Assembly (NCBI GenBank): GCA_973895155.1
Contig: OZ316898.1
Span: forward strand, 20,285,292-20,349,291
DNA from: Marsupella aquatica
Lineage: Eukaryota; Plantae; Marchantiophyta
Reading direction: 5' to 3'
DNA: 64,000 bases
The notes under the pieces: generated by a model
What the model saw: the letters and a program-made list of their open reading frames with translations, nothing else
What the model was told of the DNA's origin: nothing
The model's database searches: none
Shown: in pieces, positions 25,433-38,087 of the stretch
Position numbering within the stretch: the first letter of the stretch is position 1
Layout of the letters: each line of letters opens with the position of its first letter
Translations under genes and position numbers: made by a program

Positions 25433-28000
25433 TCACACTCCTTGCATCGTGATCACTATTTTCCGAGGGGTGCCATTGTCACGATGCTCACATAGCCAGA
25501 TCCCCTGCAGTTAAAAACAGGGATTTTCAGAAAATCTCCCATTCGTTTAAAAAAGCGAGAATCGGAATGGATAAGTCAACAAAGTGAAAGGACCAACATA
25601 CTTGCAAGTTTTAATGGAATATCTACAGAACAGGGAAAATCAGGAAGAATAGACATCCTCATAAAATCTTGCATCATTTTGAGACAGAGACAGTTTCCCG
25701 TGTAGCAACCTGCCATGTGCCAAGATTGAAATGTCCATCCGTGATGGGTACCCTACAAATACATTTTCAAGTCAGATGTGGACAGGAATAGAGCGTTCCA
25801 GCAGCAACTAAAACCATACTACTTGTAACAAACTGTCCGAGAGGAATCTAAATCTTTCCTCATACACGCTATGGCCCCGAGGAGACTAATAGTACATGTT
25901 GTTCTCTATAGCTTCCAAAGCCTTACAGAGTAAAGGAACTGGGTGGCTTGATCAAAATATAATGACAGATGGTAAAAATCGCAGAAAAATAAACCACACA
26001 GATAAAACAGAAATTAGGTCACAAGAAATCGTCGAAACTATTCTGTTGACAGCAAAACATGGTCTACAAGAAAATGCAGAATAAATCTTTTAAGGGGATC
26101 AGAAATTCGTACGTCACTGAGCAGCCGAGCACTGAGGACTTGATGTGTGCGGGCATATCATCTGGACCTGGATGCATGAACAAGCAATAAATGATAGGAT
26201 AATACAAATACAACTAGACCCTCAAGTAGTGAAATTGCTGCAGCCATAACCACCAGTGCGAGCCAATACCGATGGCCAAGGGATCGCCCTGAAAAATCTT
26301 GGTCTTTTGACTACCTTCCAGATCCGAAGGTTTCGGGTGATACAAATCTTTCTAAAAAAAACCGCAAGAAACAATCACTCCAACAAGCACCCCCACTTTA
26401 CATGTATCCTACCTTCCATGGTGTGCTTCCAACGAGCTCTCTTTCCCTGCAATAACGAAACAACAAGGTCTTGAGGTACTCAAAATTTCACAGAGAAAAG
26501 AGTTCCCCTTGTAAAGAAGAAATAAACTAACTCGTGTTGATATAATCTCTAAAGGTAAAACTCTAGGTGCTTCAGCTTGTTGAGAGGGCTAATGTTAGAC
26601 TGGAAAATACCTCGGGAACAATATCATTTAGAAATGTCTCAGTATCGGCAAGGACATCACTGTCATAGTTCTCATTTATGGTCAAAGATGCACTTGTGTG
26701 TTGCACTACAATCAATGCAAACAGCGCGTCAGTCCTCCACAGTGACCTTCAAATGGACTATCTGGCCAGTCTTCATACATCTCATGTGGTCTGCCGTATA
26801 TGCTATGTTCGTATCGTGACACCGAGACAAGCAAAAGTCATATCCTCCACTTTGCACGTAAATGGATCTCAAAACAATGGAAGCCTATACAGCCACAAGA
26901 GATAGATTGAACACAATTCATACAAGAATTCGACCAAAATATCCATCCGAGGGTTTAAAATTAGCAACTCACAGAACAGATGCGCGAGGCCGCACCTGAA
27001 ACCTGAAAGCTCCTTCTCAGTTTCCTTCACAACCTGCAGAAGTTTGAAATCCTTTCTTAGGGTTTTGAACCTTGTATACTCAACAAATAGAATTCAGAAT
27101 AAAGTGTATTCTTTGGAACATGTGATATTCCGGATTCATTGCCGCAGGTCCTGCTTCATAAACCAAAACCCAGCCGTAGTCGATCACAGGTCAAGCACAT
27201 GGTTCGGCATCCTTCAACAACTCGTCACAAAGTCCTCCGCAATTTCTTAGGATCAAACCCACCTTTAATTGTTAATTTCCACATCTAGGAAGTCACAGAC
27301 GAGATCATGGGTGAAAACCTACTGTTCCAGGGAACGTTGATCCATTACCTCTCCAGAATGAATTCCTCAAAATGATCTTCCCTGCAGTTCCCTCCGGATT
27401 TGGATGAAGCAGCACTCATGCCCAAACCCCGAAATCTATGTTTACACACAATGTCTCTTCGCCTAGAAACCCTCAGATTACGTTGTATTTAGAATGCGCC
27501 TCAACTTTCGAAGAATTGAAAGAAACCACAGAGGGGACCAGGAAAGAGGAAGGAGGAAGGAGGTAGCAGGAAGCAGAAAGTATGGAGAAAGAAAATGAAG
27601 GAGGCAGAGGACATATGGAGAATGCCTGAACCAACAAACTCATGAATATGACTATGTGAATCATTGGCTAATCAACGAATTCAAAATCCACCGAAACCCA
27701 GTTTGGGCCATAGGCCCAGTAATCAACAGTGTCTGCACAGAAGGACGAAGCACAAAAGAAGGACCAGAGAGGAGGGACACGAACGGAAGGGCAAAGGAGA
27801 GAATAGTTCTCCAATCTTACAACACTCCAGTTCACCGATATCAGTAGGGATATGAAGCAACCTTCGCTCCCCACAGATCTCAAAAGAAAAATTCGAATTC
27901 AAGGAACGAAAGATGTGCTTACGGCCGGGGTTATGAGATGGCATCCCCGCGTTTTTGCGGGTAGGACAATCGTCTTCTGCACCCACTTTGCAGCCGCCAT
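25433..28000 (-). CDS. YjbQ / UPF0047 family protein (145 aa). Exons 28000-27923, 27033-26973, 26705-26611, 26446-26413, 26167-26113, 25752-25710, 25504-25433
   Basis: Spliced translation MAAAKWVQKTIVLPAKTRGCHLITPA VVKETEKELSGFRCGLAHLFLQHTSASLTINENYDSDV...WKHTMEGPDDMPAHIKSS...LGTWQGIWLCEHRD carries the UPF0047 signatures (HTSA-INEN, HxxEGPDD-AHIKS, GTWQ-LCE). GT-AG introns have matching phases. Missed by the ORF track because the exons are short. Confidence 0.93.
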
Positions 28001-28689
28001 CACCGCTTTCGCTTCCTGGTCTCAAAACTTGCGCAATTCTCCTGTACTTGTCTGTCTGTAAACAATTCAGAATCTGTGAACTGGTACGAGCAGAGCGGAT
28101 CCGATATCAAAGCTCTTGTTCCGTCAATTTTTGCATGAAACGTGTTTCATTTCGTCCCCTGTAAAATTCAGATTGAACTCCAGAAAGGAAAGTCTCAATT
28201 TCGGTGGAGGGACATTGACGAACATGAATTGTCAGCGAATGCCACGTGCACCAACATTCACATGAACGAGGGGTTGTGATTCACCACTTTCTGCAGAAAA
28301 AAATCTGTTACAAAAAACTTAGTATCATGAAATAAATTGCGTGATAAGCTTGGATGGGATCTGCATCCAAACCCTTTTGAGCTCTATGAAATCATTTGTG
28401 TTTTTAAGTTTTACTATACATTGAAACGTCAGTGTTTACATCAAGATTAAAAGTTTACTGACTCTTGAACATTTTCGTCAGTCAGTTCCACTTTTATTAA
28501 TTAATTGTTTATTATGTTACCCCTGAATGGCACTAAAGTACTCCCTTTGTCCAGGATAAGTGCAACATTTTTCTGATTTGAGTGTAAAATAAACGCAACA
28601 TTTCCTATTTGTGATCAGTGGAAAACAACACTATAATGATGAAACGCCCATTTCACCTAATACTTTTGTTTTCCCTTCTGAACCCAAGG

Positions 28690-29880
28690 GGAGGGGGGGG
28701 GGGGGGGGGGGGAACCAAGAAAGGCCATCAAAACAAAAGAGAGCCCCAACAGGACCAACAGGGCAAAGTGCCCCAGAGACAGAAGCCAAACTCATGGGGA
28801 AGAGCCACGGATACAGACTGGCAAATCCAAACCTAAACCCTAAACACACTTCCAAGCCAACACCCTTCACTGGCACCCACCAAGAAAACATATAGAAAAA
28901 GATATAGATGCTAAACTAAGAACTGAGATCCTAGTATCCCTTCTAGGAAGTCACCTAATCTCTCAGGGTATCGTTCCATGGGAGGTCCCATATCACACAA
29001 AGTTTTCAAATAATAAATACTATAAAACTTAAAAAAATAAAATGTATTTTTGAATAATTTTTTAACCCTTAAATTTGAAATTAAAAACCCCCTAATATAG
29101 TTCTTATAATTTTCAAAATTGGATTAAAACACCCTTATTTTTCTTCAGCAATTTTTTTAAGTATTCCACACATTAAAACCCTTAACTTCTTCGCGTGCTA
29201 TGGGTCGGAAGCAAAGAAGTGAGGACCCCGGGCCTAATCCTAATCTGCTCAACCAACTTGTTGCCACACAGCAGTCTGGTGTGACGCCTACTAGGAGAAG
29301 AGGCAGCACACACAACATGCCAGTGATCACTAATTCCAGACAGAACTGGATGAAGATAAAAAGTTCTCCACTTTGCAGGATTGAAAACTTGCTCATTCCT
29401 AGATAAACAAACAAATAGCTCACAAGACGTGAAAGAGAACAAAGGCTCTGATGGTGTGAGTGCACTCATGTCAAACCATCGAGCCCAACAAAGGCAGCAA
29501 CTCCTTGCAGGGCCAGGAAGAAATCCCCGTCATAAAGTCCTGAGCCAGTTGCCAGCAGCGGGGCCAGCAGTGACTGGAGTGAACACACTCAAAGCAGATA
29601 TGTGGAATTATAGTTTCCCATGAGCTAGAGCAAAGCAAGCCCTTCCAAGTGCTCTTGTTGATCTTCAACACTCAGTCTCACCCGGAGAATAAACCTTGAG
29701 CAGTGATCTGCCAAAGGAAGGTTTTGGCCTTGATGGGAACGTCAACGGTCTATAAGTTCAGCCAGCTTACTCCACTCCCTCTCAGTCTGAGAGCCACCCC
29801 AGATTTTGAGTGAGTCTAACAAAATCTGAACCATGTGGCCTGATCAGCTCATACATGACGTTGTTTCCAATTCTGAATGT
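28690..29880 (-). mobile_element. Decayed 3' end of an L1-clade LINE (zf-RVT region), interrupted by an AT-rich insert ~28990-29190
   Basis: Minus strand reads VPIKAKTFLWQITAQGLFSG...LCSSSWETIIPHICFECVHSSHCW...RNEQVF with stops and frameshifts. The G-tract end resembles the 3'-fragment family at 4713-4865. Confidence 0.7.
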
Positions 29881-31297
29881 TTTAGCAACTTCTAAGTAGT
29901 AGAGAAAAAATACTGTTTAAAAAAATACACAAGAATTTATTAGTGTTACTTTGGACACAAGATCACACATTTTTTACTAGCAATTTCAACAAAAGTGGAA
30001 AGAAACTATTATGAAAACCTGGCAAAAATTAGAATTACTTGGACACAAAATCACTTTTACCAAAATTAGTATTTATGACACTAATGTTGTAGTGAGGCTA
30101 ATTTTGCATAACCCTAGCTATTTATGGTGAAAAGTGTGACGTAGTTTTGGTTCTAACTTTGCTCTAGGTACCTCAAGAAAAGTGCAGAATTGTACATTGC
30201 AGTTTGTAAAATGGTGACCTTTGAGGAGATAGGATTGAGTGTTGGAGGTGTCCAAAACATCCCAGCATTTTTTCAGTAGGTAGCTTGAATGTCAAGTATC
30301 ACACTACACAGTTTTCAGCTCAAATAAAATTCCATCAATCATCCAATAAAAATGTTGGGTTTATCGAAATCAATATTTTGTAGATTTTGTGGGGCCCTGA
30401 GTATCTACTGGCACCCTGTGCAAACAACTGCAAAATTATTGTATTTTTTGAATTACTACAGAATTACAATTTTTTTGGATTTTGGATGGCCTACCGTCCA
30501 AGACTCAAGGGGTCTGATCAAGTTAGTACTCCATACATCTTTGTGGTCAATGAAGTACACAAGAGGCTAGAGGGCAGTTAAGTCAAGTTAAGTCCTTTCC
30601 TGTGCAAGGGGCTTCCACTACCATATCATATCATTAATTTGTGGTCAGTACTACATAGTACATGGTAAGAAGACAAGATTCAAGGAGGGATAATAATTGT
30701 ATGTCTGTTCGCAACGAACTTCGGAGTGAGACAGCAGTACAGCACAGCTCCAAATCATTGCGCTCAGTTCGTTCTTCCTCTCGGCCATGATTCAAGTGTG
30801 AGAGCCTGTGAGCAGTTTGAGCTTGTCATACAAACTCATTATTTTGGGCAATATCAGCAGCTCGGTGTGCCAATGCATGTTCTCTAGAACGAGAGGTGTC
30901 TCAGGATCGATCGAACAGGAAGTTGACGCGGACTAGACTGTTCAGCATCAGCAACACCATTTGTCAACAAAGCTGTCGATGGTTTCTCGTCGAGCGAGGG
31001 TGGACTCCTAATTACATATCATCGCCCTGCCTTGACACTGCTCACATTGATCGAGAGCAGTTCAACTCAGCAGCAAAAACTTGCTGACATCTCGATCACT
31101 GACATGTTGTATCTGACATGCTCGAAACTCTTTTAAGCTACTGAAAGATTACGCACTGATCCTAGCATTCATTACGACTTTCTGAGACTTCACTTCGGAT
31201 GTTATTACTGTGACATTCGTCCGTTGTTACTGACTGACAAGTGCACCTTCTATCAGTGATTAATCTGAGGAGCCTTCGTGGGGAACGAGCGGATAAT

Positions 31298-32287
31298 ATG
31301 GAACCGGAAGACATGAAATCCCGCCGGCTGGCTGCTCTAAGAGAATTCGGAATAAAGAATGCCAAATATCAAGTAGGTGCCGTCCTCTCCTCACACTTGT
31401 TTAAGGCTGTGTTCCCAGTTTACCAAATATCTTTGTGCATTGTTGGTCATAGCTGAAGTCTACATCGGATTTTGTATAGACTTCATTTCTTTCGCTGCAC
31501 AACAACTGACACGCGCTATCTTCGCGTTTGAACCATGCTCAGTCTATGTAGTCGGACCAACAGTGCCACATTACTCATATCGAAATGGGGTCATACATGT
31601 GAACAATCAACATAATGCTAGCGAAGTCATGTCACTGAGGTCAATGTAACTACTGCAAGAGGATCGCAGCTAGATAAGTCACTGTAATTCATAAGCGACA
31701 GAAATCTTCAAATCTTAACAAGATGGCCGGACATCAGCACACTTGAGAATGTATTAAGAATCCAACGAGTCCTTCATGAAAAGAACAAGTTGCATTATTT
31801 GTAGTAAAATTTTAACTAAACCTGTGTATATGCTGTGACGATTGTTTAGAAGCTCATCGAGGTCCAACTACTACTGGAGAGCAGGGAAGGGACGCAAAGT
31901 TCGGTTGCCAGCCACAGGAAACTCAACCGTAAGGGTATAGTCCAACGGACGTATCAGAAGGTTGCTGGGAAAAGGATCACAAAGAAGAGCTGGTGGACGA
32001 CAGAGAGTTCCTTGGCACTTCTGGAAGCTGTGACGAGATTTCAAAAGAGCGACAGTCAAGCCACCGGCGAGAAGAAGTGGAAAATCATTGCAGCTGATCT
32101 AACGCAGCAGCCCAATGGTGGGCCTGCAATGAGCTTGACAGAGTCTGCGAAATGCTGCCGAATACGATATTCCAATATGCTCGCCCGCCGCAATGCAGGT
32201 GGTTCATCGTATGCCTTCACGGATGAGCTGAAGGAGAAACTGGAGCAAACAATATTTCCCGACTCATCCTTGAGGAGCGCCCCTTGA
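31298..32287 (+). CDS. Small Myb/SANT-like (trihelix-type) DNA-binding protein (~170 aa). Exons 31298-31372, 31850-32287
   Basis: A phase-0 GTAGGT...TTTAG intron joins MEPEDMKSRRLAALREFGIKNAKYQ to a 145-codon open exon. That exon contains WWTTESSLALLEAV...KKWKIIAADL...SAKCCRIRYSNM...YAFTDEL, the W-W-C..RY.N-F.DEL spacing of trihelix/Myb-SANT domains. Exon 1 is less certain. Confidence 0.65.
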
Positions 32288-32368
32288 TAGGTCCACATAG
32301 AAAGCCGCTCAGATAGAATTCTTTGACTAGTGTCGCACTCCAAAACAAGGGTCGAGGGGTGTGTCCAG

Positions 32369-32474
32369 CCACCATGGGGGCGAAAGCAGGAAAGCTCGCA
32401 AAGTTTCCACCATGGAGGCGAAAGCATGAAAGCTCGCAAACGTTTCCACCATGGAGGCGGAAGCATGAAAGCTC
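32369..32474. repeat. 38-39 bp tandem repeat x ~2.8 downstream of the Myb/SANT-like gene
   Basis: CCACCATGG.GGCG.AAGCA.GAAAGCTCG at 32369, 32407 and 32446. Confidence 0.9.
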
Positions 32475-32930
32475 GGACAGATTCAGTGATGCAGGTAGCC
32501 TACAGGACGGACTGGATGCAACCACTTTGGTAATGTATTGTATTTTTCGTTAAATCCCGCCTTCAGTGTCTTATTCAACTCTGTTTTTAAGCAATGAAAC
32601 CCTAAAAACAACAATTCTTTTGTGTAATGACCTATTTTTACATATAGACATCTTTCACACAATAGCTTTCTTGACATAATGATATCATTTCTGCAACTGC
32701 ATCTCTTACATAATGACATCTTTTTGGCATGGACATCTTCTATGCAACACATGGGTATTGAGCAGCTGCTGTAGTTATATAGAAAATATTGAGCCCACTC
32801 TAGTCCAACTTGTCATTATTTCACACCCCTTGTTACCCTTAAATTTCACTATTTTTACTTTATTCTTGTGGTTCTTCCTATTATTATAATGGTCCCTTTT
32901 TTGGGTGATAAAAATGTCATCTAGAGTTAA

Positions 32931-33089
32931 CACTAAAAGAAAACAATGAGACATTCAAGAGAGTGCACAGAGGTAAATGCTTGATGCCTGTGATCCTTGG
33001 CAAAACAGTTTTACCAAATAAGACCCTACAAAACTTTTCTTACCAAATAGGACCTCCCTGACAGTCTTATGTCAGAAGTTCTTGTAGTG
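32931..33089. mobile_element. Miniature CACTA-like element
   Basis: Begins CACTAAAAGAA and ends TTCTTGTAGTG. The 3-bp TSD is not preserved. Confidence 0.45.
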
Positions 33090-36000
33090 GTTCCTCTAAC
33101 CAATTTTGCCTTGATACTGTGACCAACCAGAGCTACTGTGAAGTTTATGGCCCAACCTTGGACAGTCAAACAACATGGTTAAGGAATTTCTGCAAAGTAC
33201 TGGCAGTCGTCACCCAAACCGTGTCAACTTAAGTGAAGACTACTTGGTTAATGTATCCTAGGTTGAATTTTTACTGCATTGCGGTTATCCTTAGATTCAC
33301 TTTCACGCAAGCTTCTACATGGGGTTTTCACTATGTTTCCGACTTTGTTTTATGTGCAATTGTTATTGAGTGTTTACCAAAAGGGAAGAGGAGATGTGTG
33401 TATGCAATTGCAAAGCATAGAGTCTTGGGATTTAGTAGAGCCACAGGGATTTAGGAGACAAAGGCTTTCAATAGATTTTCATACATTTTCAATGCCTCTG
33501 CACTGTTTGCTCTAAAGTAGTAAGCTAAGGGCTTGGGGGTCGCTTTTGCAGAAGTGCCACATCACTTGTAATAATGAAGTATAGGATCATTTAAATGGGT
33601 CACCTCCAAAACTTTACTTTCAGATTTCAATTCAGATTTCAATTCAGATTTCATCACAAAGGTTCATATCAAGTGACCTATCCATTCTGGCTTTAGATGA
33701 AATTGAGGAGTTCATCACTTGTACAAGAAATCTCCCAATCCTACATGGACTGGAGTCAGTCTACCCAAAATTAATGCTTAGGTGGAAAGTGTAGTATGGC
33801 TATATAGTCTAAACCACTTGTTGAGGTGGTGTTTTCAAACAACCTCTGGGTCTCTTCTCATTTTGGAAGTAAAATATTAAATGCACTATCTAGCTAACAT
33901 TTTTTTTCGAAAGGCACTCTCAAGTAACCTGTACATCAGGTATCAATGGTAAAACACAATAGACCAATTAATTTTTGTCCTCTTGCTCAATTAAAAAAGG
34001 TCCATGAAAGTGGGAGAAAGTTTAACATCATTATTATCGTTCCAGAACATTCCATTAATATCAATCAGTCCACTGGTACAGGGAATTCGCCACAAACAGA
34101 CGTAAATTCTAAACGAAACAACTGGATCCATGGGAAGGAAGTGGAAACTACGAAACCTGAGATAAAATTATTAGGGAAGAGTTTTATTTGTCCTTCTACT
34201 GTAGGTTAGTCCATCGGCAAACTTATAACGTCCACACAACCAAGCTTATAACAAATTTATGTCGTTGACAAGAGACTGCAGATTTCTCAGCCACTGTTTG
34301 TCGAGAAATCCATTTCTCACTTTCACGTTGAATCCTTATCTAACTGAATCAACCTTGTCACTTAGTTAACTACAGTAGATACCCTTTCGTCTCGTCAGGT
34401 TGATCAGCAGACTCATTTCTCACATTGAAGCTAGTATGTTTGTTTTGGATTCTTCTCTGACTTCAATTCTACGACTCCTGTAGCTTGGTCTCATTATCAA
34501 TTTTAGCTGTTTCCTTTTACAAGCTGTGTCTGTTTCACACATGAAAACTTGAAAAATATTGTCTATGTCCTAGGTGCAACTGCCTGTCGTTAAATCCATC
34601 CATGGGTCAAGCTCTATGCAGCACAAGTGTTTTCTAATCAGTCAGTGTGTGAATAGAATAGAAGCATGCCATCCATTCATTCATTTATGATTATTGCTTA
34701 AATTTCACTAAAAGGAAATAGATTGCTTAAAATCGCAATCTGGCACTCTTAGACTCTTTGCAATCTTGGGATTTTACATGACCGAGGTGAGAGTACCTTT
34801 CTAAATCACAACCAATCATATCAAGTGACTGGTCCACTTTGACTTAAAAATGAATTCGAGAGCACACTTGTAGTGAACTTCTCCCAATCCTGTAATCATT
34901 TACTTACATGGGCTAGAGTGGGCCCCCAAAATGCAATAGTATTCTCTCGATATGTACAATCTCATTCTCTCAGGACACTGGCCAGAGTCCGACCCATTGT
35001 ATGACAGATTTTTTGTCAAGAGGCACTGAGTGTCAATGAGATGGGCCTCTGGATGAAGTATAGGAAAACATAAGGGTACTCTCGTTTTTGGTCAGCTCGT
35101 TCCTGTAAAGCGCCGGGAGCATGACCTCCTAGTACTGTCGAGCATGCTCATGGTTTGACATTGCTATTATTTGCTGTATTTATGTCTCAGGCTCTGCTCG
35201 CTAGGCACCTCATAGTTCAGGCGGTTCAAGACGGATTAGAAGTTTCATTGCTGAACTTTCTATAAAACAAATTTGTGCTACAGGCAAGCTTACCTGTGGT
35301 CGCATGTGGGTCTCAGTCGGTGTGTTGTCCGCCGACGTGTTAGTCCAATAGCAGATTTTTTGTTCCTTGGCTAAAGTGTCCAAGATATGCTGAGATGTGA
35401 GACATCTATTCTTATGCCAAAACACGTACTCGAGCATCCTTCCAACAAAATAATATCGTTGAGGCACCATTGCGTTACGTACTGGACATCCAGGTTAAGT
35501 TCTGCCCAATTCACCAATCTGCAAAGGAGTTGAGTTCTTTCTAAAAATGGACAACGACGATTTATAACTAGGAAATTAAGACTACACTCCTTAGTGAACA
35601 AAATCTAGCCTCTGACTGCTTTGACTAAACTTTTACTGAATTGACTTGAGCTCGAAACGTGACATCGCTGGCAGGTCTCTTCTACGTTTTATCTGAGATT
35701 CGGCAACAATGATAATTCAAAAGTTCGCATTCACTCAATCCACAACTTATTGAGCACAGCTACAGTTGGATTCGAAAGTCAAGTCGAGTCACACAAAAGT
35801 CGTGCCGGCAACTACGGCCAACTACATTCGTCAGGTCCTGATTTTTTCTTGCAATGTTACAGGCTTTCATTAGACAATGTGGTGTGGTGTAGAGAGGTGG
35901 TCTAAGATCAAAAAATCAAATCTTCATAGCTGTGAAAATTGGATAGAGTACACTCAACTCGTGTGGCCGGGACAAAGGGCCCATCACCATATATAATGGC

Positions 36001-36946
36001 CAAGTCCCAAACATAGCCACCCCAACCGAAATTGGATAGAGTACTCTCAACTCGTGTGGGACAGAGGGCACATCAACCATAATGGCCAAGTCCAAAGCGT
36101 ATTGGGGCCAGTCTTGCCCTGCACAGTCAAGCCCAGTAACCAGGGTGTGAATCACTCTAATGGGCCAAATGAGTAGGGATGCCTTGATCATGGACGGAGC
36201 CAGGGAAGGGGAAATTAAGTTAAATATTTATACATGCAGAACATAAGAAGAGGCCCCCACAAACCAGGGTGTACTTGCCAATAGCATGCATGTTCGTTCT
36301 AATGTCATCCTATTTTAACTTATTGAAAAAATGTTTAAAAGCTGCATTATCATATCATATTTAAATTTATTAAGAGAATCATTTGGCATAGTAAAGGATA
36401 TCTGTGTAGTGCATTGGTGGTGGTTTTGGATTGGGACCGAAAGGTTGAGGACTCAACCCGGGGCTTGAAGCCCTGCCCTCGGCAACAATCTGTTTATAAA
36501 AAATGCAAGGGTGCAAAAAGCTCATGGAAGCTCATGGAAGCTCAAACTTTAATATATACGAGCATCTCGAAGGGCTTTTGTGTTTCCAATGCAGAACAGA
36601 ACGAGAGAAGGCCTCAGCAGACAAGACAGATATTTGCTTCGGACACCAAGAGCTGCCTGTCCGCTTTCAGTTGTCTTCCAGCGTAGCGTGCTTTGTGATG
36701 TGGCCGATTGCTCTGAATCACATTGACCCTCCGTAACTAGCGATGTTTCCAACCAAGCATCCTTGTTTCATTACGCGGCCTGCCCATGGGGCCGGAATCT
36801 GATTGTCGATGCCGGCCTGCTGAGAGCCCGCCTTGTAGGATGAGCCAGGAGGCAGACCGTGAGGGCTTGACACCCGAGTGAGGGATCGAGGAGAGGTGGG
36901 ACCCCGACTGGCTTGACAAGAGGAGCACTAAGATAAATACACACTC

Positions 36947-36976
<30 letters not shown>
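36947..36976. repeat. (AGAT)n microsatellite
   Basis: About 7 consecutive AGAT units. Confidence 0.95.
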
Positions 36977-36977
<1 letters not shown>

Positions 36978-38087
36978 GAAACTGATATTGGAATTGGAAG
37001 CACTGGAAAGATGATCCACCTTTTGGAGCTTTGAGTAGCCGTACATGAGCTTCCATGAGCTGACGACGTCTTCAAATAAATAAGATTGAAGAAGTGCATT
37101 CTGGAGGAAATGCACTCCAACAGGTCTGGAGTGATAGCAGAAGTAACTGGCCTATACATCATCCCTGCGTGCTTGTGTACTTGATGCCCTGGCTGAATGG
37201 AAGACAGTATCTATGTAGTTCGTCGATCGGTCCCAGGGCTTGCTGGCCAATCAGAGTGGGCATCACTTGTGAGGTGGAGCTTCGAATTCTTCTAATGGAG
37301 TGGGTTGCAGAGGAGCAGGCCTTCGTGTTGAGTTGTATTGCAACTTTCTAGGTTGGCACCTTTCTCCAGTTTACAGAAGATCGATCATTCCGTTGTCCAA
37401 TGGGCGGGGCGAAGAGTGCTTTCGGCTTCAAAGACACTATTGGAGCTTGGAGTACGTTACACTGCAGGTGCATTCTATAGATCGTTTAGATAAGGTAGCA
37501 GATTGAACGTTGGATACTTTGGCTGGATTGGAATTTCTCTTGGGAAGAATGTTGGAGGGATTCGAGTTTAAATAAGCTATTGGGTTCGGAGCTGAACTGC
37601 CCAGCTGGCCCAATTCTGTGAAACCGGAAATTCTGGAGATGAAGCTACTACTGACAGCTCTCCCGAACGCCTAGGTCTTGAAAACTGGTGTACGCTTCGC
37701 TTACCTGGATATTCGCTACCACTGATCCTATGCCGATTACTCAATTTTCGTCGTGCAGTTTGGAGTCGCATAATAATCTGAGCTTCATGGCTCTCCATGG
37801 AAACGGACTTCATCGAAATTCACTATGACGGTGGGCGTGAACTATGATTAGAATCATTTGGCTTCAGACGATCGACTCTCGACGTTCTCACCTAAGATTC
37901 TTTAACTGTAAGTCTCCACTTCACTTGGATTTCGGTCGATTCGGCGTCAACTTTAGATGAAGTTGCCGCTGATCCAGGCATGGCACAACATTGATCTTTC
38001 GTTAAATCTTTGGCGTCATTGTTGATGTAAGGTCGTAATCTTCGATACGACCATAGTGAGCTCAAATCCGATCGAGGGCCAAGAGCT

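Noticed and set aside
27349-27419. Exon-like ATG...AG|GTAATG segment in YjbQ intron 1
   Set aside because: Its phase gives an immediate stop when joined to exon 2, and it is not needed for the conserved protein.
9066-28000. HMA5 plus YjbQ as a metal-handling gene cluster
   Set aside because: The genes are 12 kb apart with only TE debris between them, and I know no functional link. Adjacency in a plant genome is weak evidence.
33664-34932. Diverged ~110-bp direct repeats 1.15 kb apart as LTRs (similar pairs at 35934-36097 and 43773-43976)
   Set aside because: No TG..CA ends, PBS, PPT or TSD. More likely old local duplications.
36403-36475. tRNA-Pro(TGG)-like sequence
   Set aside because: The anticodon arm TTTGG-ATTGGGA-CCGAA is plausible, but the T-loop (no GTTC) and acceptor stem fail. 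At most a decayed SINE head.
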